From a virus: a stretch of DNA of 64,000 nt. Positions 60,261 through 64,000 of the stretch are shown here, piece after piece (position 1 is the first letter of the stretch; each line of letters starts with the position of its first letter). The notes under the pieces are model-generated. The model was given only the letters and a program-made list of their open reading frames with translations, was not told the DNA's origin and ran no database searches. The stretch is taken from the IMG/VR virus record IMGVR_UViG_3300018421_000015, positions 1-64,000 of that record, one strand, 5' to 3'. The translations under genes were made by a program, and so were the position numbers.

Positions 60261-60939
60261 AATAAAAATCCCCAGTTGAAAGAGCAGAAGGTGGACTATC
60301 CTTATGCCACACATTGACAACCATTACTTGCCTAATGCCAGAATTGGTTACAGTAGTTTCATGCAACCTTCTACCGGCATCAAAGCATATCAACCTGTTA
60401 GGGACATAGGCCAATCTTTCTCTTTTTTCTGGCGGAGATGTTAGTCTATCAACATTCTCTCTCTCCAGAGCGTCTTCTGGACTTCCCTCTATCCATCCCT
60501 CATGAAGTTCTAGAAAGCCAGGATCTACACTTTCTTCAAAGCCATACCAAACACAACCATATGCTGGAGCATTGAAGCGTCGCTCCTTCTGGTACGCAAA
60601 AGTATCTTCGTCTACATGGATCCTTAGATACTGCCCTTGCATAAAAGTTCTAGTCCAGTATTCAAATCCACATATTTCCGAAAGTGGGAAAGGAAGAAAA
60701 GATTCATTACCCCATATTTCTTGGACAACTTTCTTACGTAAAGTATCGGCCTCAGAATTCCACCAACCATCCCAAAACATATATGGGGCGTAGCAGTCGG
60801 CGGCTTCATCGTGGAAATGGTTATTAGTTTCACCTATATTATAAACATCACCCATTGTCTCAGGAAAAAAGGTTTTATCATTTTTAATTGAATTGATTAG
60901 ATTAGCATCTTTGATAAAATTATCTATAACTATCATCAT
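60253..60939 (-). CDS. 2OG-Fe(II) oxygenase
   Basis: GFEYW..HVDED...PNRL..FD....H.....R. Confidence 0.75.
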   Translation of the reverse strand: MMIVIDNFIKDANLINSIKNDKTFFPETMGDVYNIGETNNHFHDEAADCYAPYMFWDGWWNSEADTLRKKVVQEIWGNESFLPFPLSEICGFEYWTRTFMQGQYLRIHVDEDTFAYQKERRFNAPAYGCVWYGFEESVDPGFLELHEGWIEGSPEDALERENVDRLTSPPEKRERLAYVPNRLICFDAGRRLHETTVTNSGIRQVMVVNVWHKDSPPSALSTGDFYYE

Positions 60940-61763
60940 GCCTCACTCATTATGCTAAATGTATACTCATCGTGTTTGAACCCCCATCTTCCAGTAAACT
61001 TTCTGTCTTCGGAAGAAAAACCACCTAAGACAGCATGGTAGCAGCAGAACGTATCAACAAAGACTAAATCACCTTGACTCCATGATAGGTAGTGAATCAC
61101 TTCAGGGTAGTCGTCCTGCACGGCATCTGACACACCTGGAATATCATCAAAGAATCTTTCTTCCTTTGCGGTCGGCTTTTTGCCATCAACGGAATGAAGA
61201 CAGTCACCCCCTCTTGGGCTAAGCCTTAAGCACATGTCGCCTGTTACCGGATGTTCTGCTATAGCAGATCTGATTTCGCTTGAAAAGGAATTTCCCTTTT
61301 CATCTGGATCACTAGATTTTACTTTAACTTCACATTTCTTTAAAAAATTTAATTGATCCGCTGATAGTAGATTAAGAATGTCGGCACTATCTATAAAAAT
61401 TGTTCTACCACTAGTGGTTTCGCATGAAAAGCTATGCATGTTCCAGCTTCCAATCACAGGAGGAGTACTAGACTGAATATGTTCTAGGTGCCAATCTATT
61501 AAAAGTATATTAGGTTCATTTATTTTTTTAGAGGTAACGTGAGAATGATCTTCATCATAAGAGAAATCTAATATCTTGTTGTGCTCTGGTGCCGGAAAAT
61601 ATCCCAGTCTGGAATGGAACTGTTGAGATATTAGCCTGTGCTGATCTTCTGTAATGTTTATTTTCTTGAACTGTAAAACTTTGTTTTGTTTAAATAAATC
61701 TATATAATAATCTATATTTGACTCTAACTCATCATAAGATGTATCTATCTGAACTATGCGCAT
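60936..61763 (-). CDS. TauD/TfdA family dioxygenase
   Basis: WHLE, G.T.F.D, HPVTG, W..GDL...D....H......R. Confidence 0.8.
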   Translation of the reverse strand: MRIVQIDTSYDELESNIDYYIDLFKQNKVLQFKKINITEDQHRLISQQFHSRLGYFPAPEHNKILDFSYDEDHSHVTSKKINEPNILLIDWHLEHIQSSTPPVIGSWNMHSFSCETTSGRTIFIDSADILNLLSADQLNFLKKCEVKVKSSDPDEKGNSFSSEIRSAIAEHPVTGDMCLRLSPRGGDCLHSVDGKKPTAKEERFFDDIPGVSDAVQDDYPEVIHYLSWSQGDLVFVDTFCCYHAVLGGFSSEDRKFTGRWGFKHDEYTFSIMSEA

Positions 61764-62842
61764 GTTGTACTATATTCCTTTAAGGCTGTAACAATTCTTT
61801 TTACCTGATAAGTTTCAAGAGAAGGATATCCAGGTATACTAACCACTTCCTCGCAGCAGGCGCTGGTATTCTTTAGATGTATTTTATCATTATACCAAGC
61901 TGGCTGCAAATAATCTGGAGTAGGGTAATGGATAGCTGTACTGACACCCGCCTCACTCATGTAATGACAAAAGTCTATTCTATTTTTGACTCTTAAAACA
62001 CTTAAATGAAATATACTAGTGGCGATGTTGCCAACCCAGGGTAAGTTGGGTAAAGAATTTTGATAAATCTCATTTAGTATTTTTCTTTTAGTATTATTGT
62101 TATCTAGTAACTGCAATTTTTCTACTAAACATGCGGCCTGAAACTCATCCATTCTTGAGTTTATTCCATCTTTGGTAGAAGCAACAAATCTATTAACCCA
62201 TCCATACTGTCTTAGGATTCTTACTTTTTCGGCTATTCCATAATCCGAAGTGCAAACTGCCCCTGCGTCACCATTTGATCCAAGATTTTTTGTTGGATAA
62301 AAACTGAAGGCTGAGCAGTCCCCCATAGAGCCAGCCCTTACTCCGTTAATTTCTGAACCGTGAGCTTGTGCACAGTCTTCTATTATCATGATATTACCTG
62401 GAAGATTTTTCCTAATTGCTTCCACGTCAACACATTGACCATATAAGTGAGTTATGATAATAGCTTTAGTTTTATCTGTTAAACTTAAATTAATCATCTC
62501 GGGTTCGATAAGGCAGTGTTCATCAACATCTATATAAATAGGAGTTGCTCCCAGCCTGGATATAGCTAAACTTGAATACCCCCCAGCGTTTGCTACGGTC
62601 ATAACTTCATCGCCAGCAGTAACGCCACATGCAGCTAGACATATTTGAATGGCATCTGTTCCATTTGCTAACCCGCAACAGTATTTAGTTCCAATATAAT
62701 CAGAAAACATAGATTCAAATTGATATACATATTTAGAATTTAAATATAATCCTGAATCTATAATATTAAATATGTTAATCTTTATCTTATCTTCTACGGA
62801 TTGAAAATCTTTCCTAGGATTATGTAACGGTATCAACTCCAT
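61754..62842 (-). CDS. DegT/DnrJ/EryC1/StrS aminotransferase
   Basis: NGTDA, HLYGQ, EDCAQAHG, SFYPTKNLG, NSRMDE; start moved to MELIP. Confidence 0.95.
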   Translation of the reverse strand: MELIPLHNPRKDFQSVEDKIKINIFNIIDSGLYLNSKYVYQFESMFSDYIGTKYCCGLANGTDAIQICLAACGVTAGDEVMTVANAGGYSSLAISRLGATPIYIDVDEHCLIEPEMINLSLTDKTKAIIITHLYGQCVDVEAIRKNLPGNIMIIEDCAQAHGSEINGVRAGSMGDCSAFSFYPTKNLGSNGDAGAVCTSDYGIAEKVRILRQYGWVNRFVASTKDGINSRMDEFQAACLVEKLQLLDNNNTKRKILNEIYQNSLPNLPWVGNIATSIFHLSVLRVKNRIDFCHYMSEAGVSTAIHYPTPDYLQPAWYNDKIHLKNTSACCEEVVSIPGYPSLETYQVKRIVTALKEYSTTCA

Positions 62843-62846
62843 ATAT

Positions 62847-63665
62847 TTAAAGGTTACCCCATTTGTGGTGGGGCACTGTGAATCCGCCCTGAAGCCTAGT
62901 AAAGACTCTTTCGCCATCTTTCCACCCGGAAGAATATGTGTGCAATAAGTTTGTATTATCCCATATGATAGCTTTACCTTCTTGCCATTCCCAGGTGATC
63001 CAATTTGAATTGTCATGAAAGTAGTCATCGATAAACTCTTCATACTCTGACTCCAAGGACATATCTTCAGCAATAACCTTGTGTTTATAGCTAGTGAAAG
63101 CAAAGTTATCTATTCCGGTAACTGGGTGACTTATTATTCCTGGCATGTTTCTTAGGGGCCATCTTTTTCCACCCCAGTCTATACCGTTAACTCCACCAGT
63201 ATCTTTTTCACCGATTAAGCCTACGACATGTATTTGCTTCATCCATTCCCTTATATGATCTGGAGTTTGCTGTAACATTTTTTCTCTGTCTAAGAAAAAA
63301 GTTTTACCATACTCACCTGAACACGTGAAGACGTCCATGACCATGCCTATCAATCGACATACTGCCAGGTTAGGGTTAGCTACTTCAGCGATATCGGAGT
63401 GAATGTTATACCAAATAAAATCTTTATGTTCGTTTTCGTAACCTTCAGGAGCAATCCTCTCTTGTCCATTGTGCTGATTATTTGGACTGACGACAACCTG
63501 ATTTGCTTCGCAATCTGCCATGTGCATTATTAAGGTATTTAATCCAACTTCATTAAATACACTAAATTTGTTGAAGCCAATTATTTTTTCCTCGATAAAT
63601 AAGTTCCTAAGATAATCTATCTTATGAGGTATGTCATCATCTTTTAATTCATCTAAAACTATCAT
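62847..63665 (-). CDS. TauD/TfdA family dioxygenase
   Basis: HSD, GKTFF.D, HPVTG, W.EG...IWDN..LLH......R. Confidence 0.8.
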   Translation of the reverse strand: MIVLDELKDDDIPHKIDYLRNLFIEEKIIGFNKFSVFNEVGLNTLIMHMADCEANQVVVSPNNQHNGQERIAPEGYENEHKDFIWYNIHSDIAEVANPNLAVCRLIGMVMDVFTCSGEYGKTFFLDREKMLQQTPDHIREWMKQIHVVGLIGEKDTGGVNGIDWGGKRWPLRNMPGIISHPVTGIDNFAFTSYKHKVIAEDMSLESEYEEFIDDYFHDNSNWITWEWQEGKAIIWDNTNLLHTYSSGWKDGERVFTRLQGGFTVPHHKWGNL

Positions 63666-64000
63666 AACTCTTTAAGACCAACTTTCTGAGAGTCAGATAT
63701 TAGGTCTGGCATCCAGATCTTATACGGATTGTCTGATCCTATATATTCCTGATCGTTAGAGAAATCGACACCATAACATGCCATAGTTAAAAATGCATAT
63801 CGGGCCCCTTCAGTCACGGGGAACACTTCATGTCTTCCAATATAGTTAGAAGGATATATTAAAACAGTTCCAGCCTTAGGCGCATAGACTGTTCCTATAT
63901 TGGGGAAGTGCATTTCTCCACCCTGGTAATCTTCGCCACAGTTATTCAGATACAAATTGACACTAGTACTATTGTGCATGGAAACTTGATTTTGTGGACG
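63662..64000 (-). CDS. 2OG-Fe(II) oxygenase (5'-truncated by the window edge)
   Basis: YLN....GGEM.F...YPSN...HEV.PV..G.RY. Confidence 0.8.
   Translation of the reverse strand, partial: RPQNQVSMHNSTSVNLYLNNCGEDYQGGEMHFPNIGTVYAPKAGTVLIYPSNYIGRHEVFPVTEGARYAFLTMACYGVDFSNDQEYIGSDNPYKIWMPDLISDSQKVGLKEL

Noticed and set aside
62843-63103. N-terminal extension of the DegT ORF
   Set aside because: It overlaps the upstream TauD gene in another frame; family similarity starts at MELIP (62842).
41966-64000. Bacterial secondary-metabolite cluster or host contamination
   Set aside because: No NRPS/PKS or transporter core; genes are interleaved with virion-type genes and share the phage's composition and promoter motif.
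1-64000. Integrase, transposase, reverse transcriptase/DGR or alternative genetic code
   Set aside because: No such motifs were seen, and long ORFs are intact under the standard code with all three stop codons used.

Overview
This window looks like a segment of a large, AT-rich bacteriophage genome, most likely an actinobacteriophage (WhiB, DUF732-type lipoprotein, SLT/Rpf-like transglycosylase, actinobacterial-type P450). Positions 1-41,970 are mostly + strand early/middle genes. They include a divergent single-subunit two-barrel (YonO/RdRP-like) RNA polymerase, an ECF sigma factor, an SF2 helicase, six tRNAs with structured non-coding spacers, a complete ubiquitin-like module (three E2, JAB, E1, Ubl, AAA ATPase), SSB, UDG and TrmH. 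Positions 41,970-64,000 are mostly - strand: glycine-rich and His-rich virion-type proteins inside a large modification island (many 2OG-Fe(II) oxygenases, flavin halogenase, carbamoyltransferase, GT60-like GlcNAc transferase, DegT, FkbM), plus a + strand P450. The strongest signal is at 9,350-10,874: a solo Cas7/RAMP-like gene and a winged-helix gene, followed by a non-coding array. Its 39-nt repeats separate spacers built on a strict 5-nt period (fixed NGY triplet + variable NN). This is a candidate non-contiguous RNA-guided (VIPR-like) system, not a CRISPR array. All family assignments come from manual motif recognition; no searches were run.
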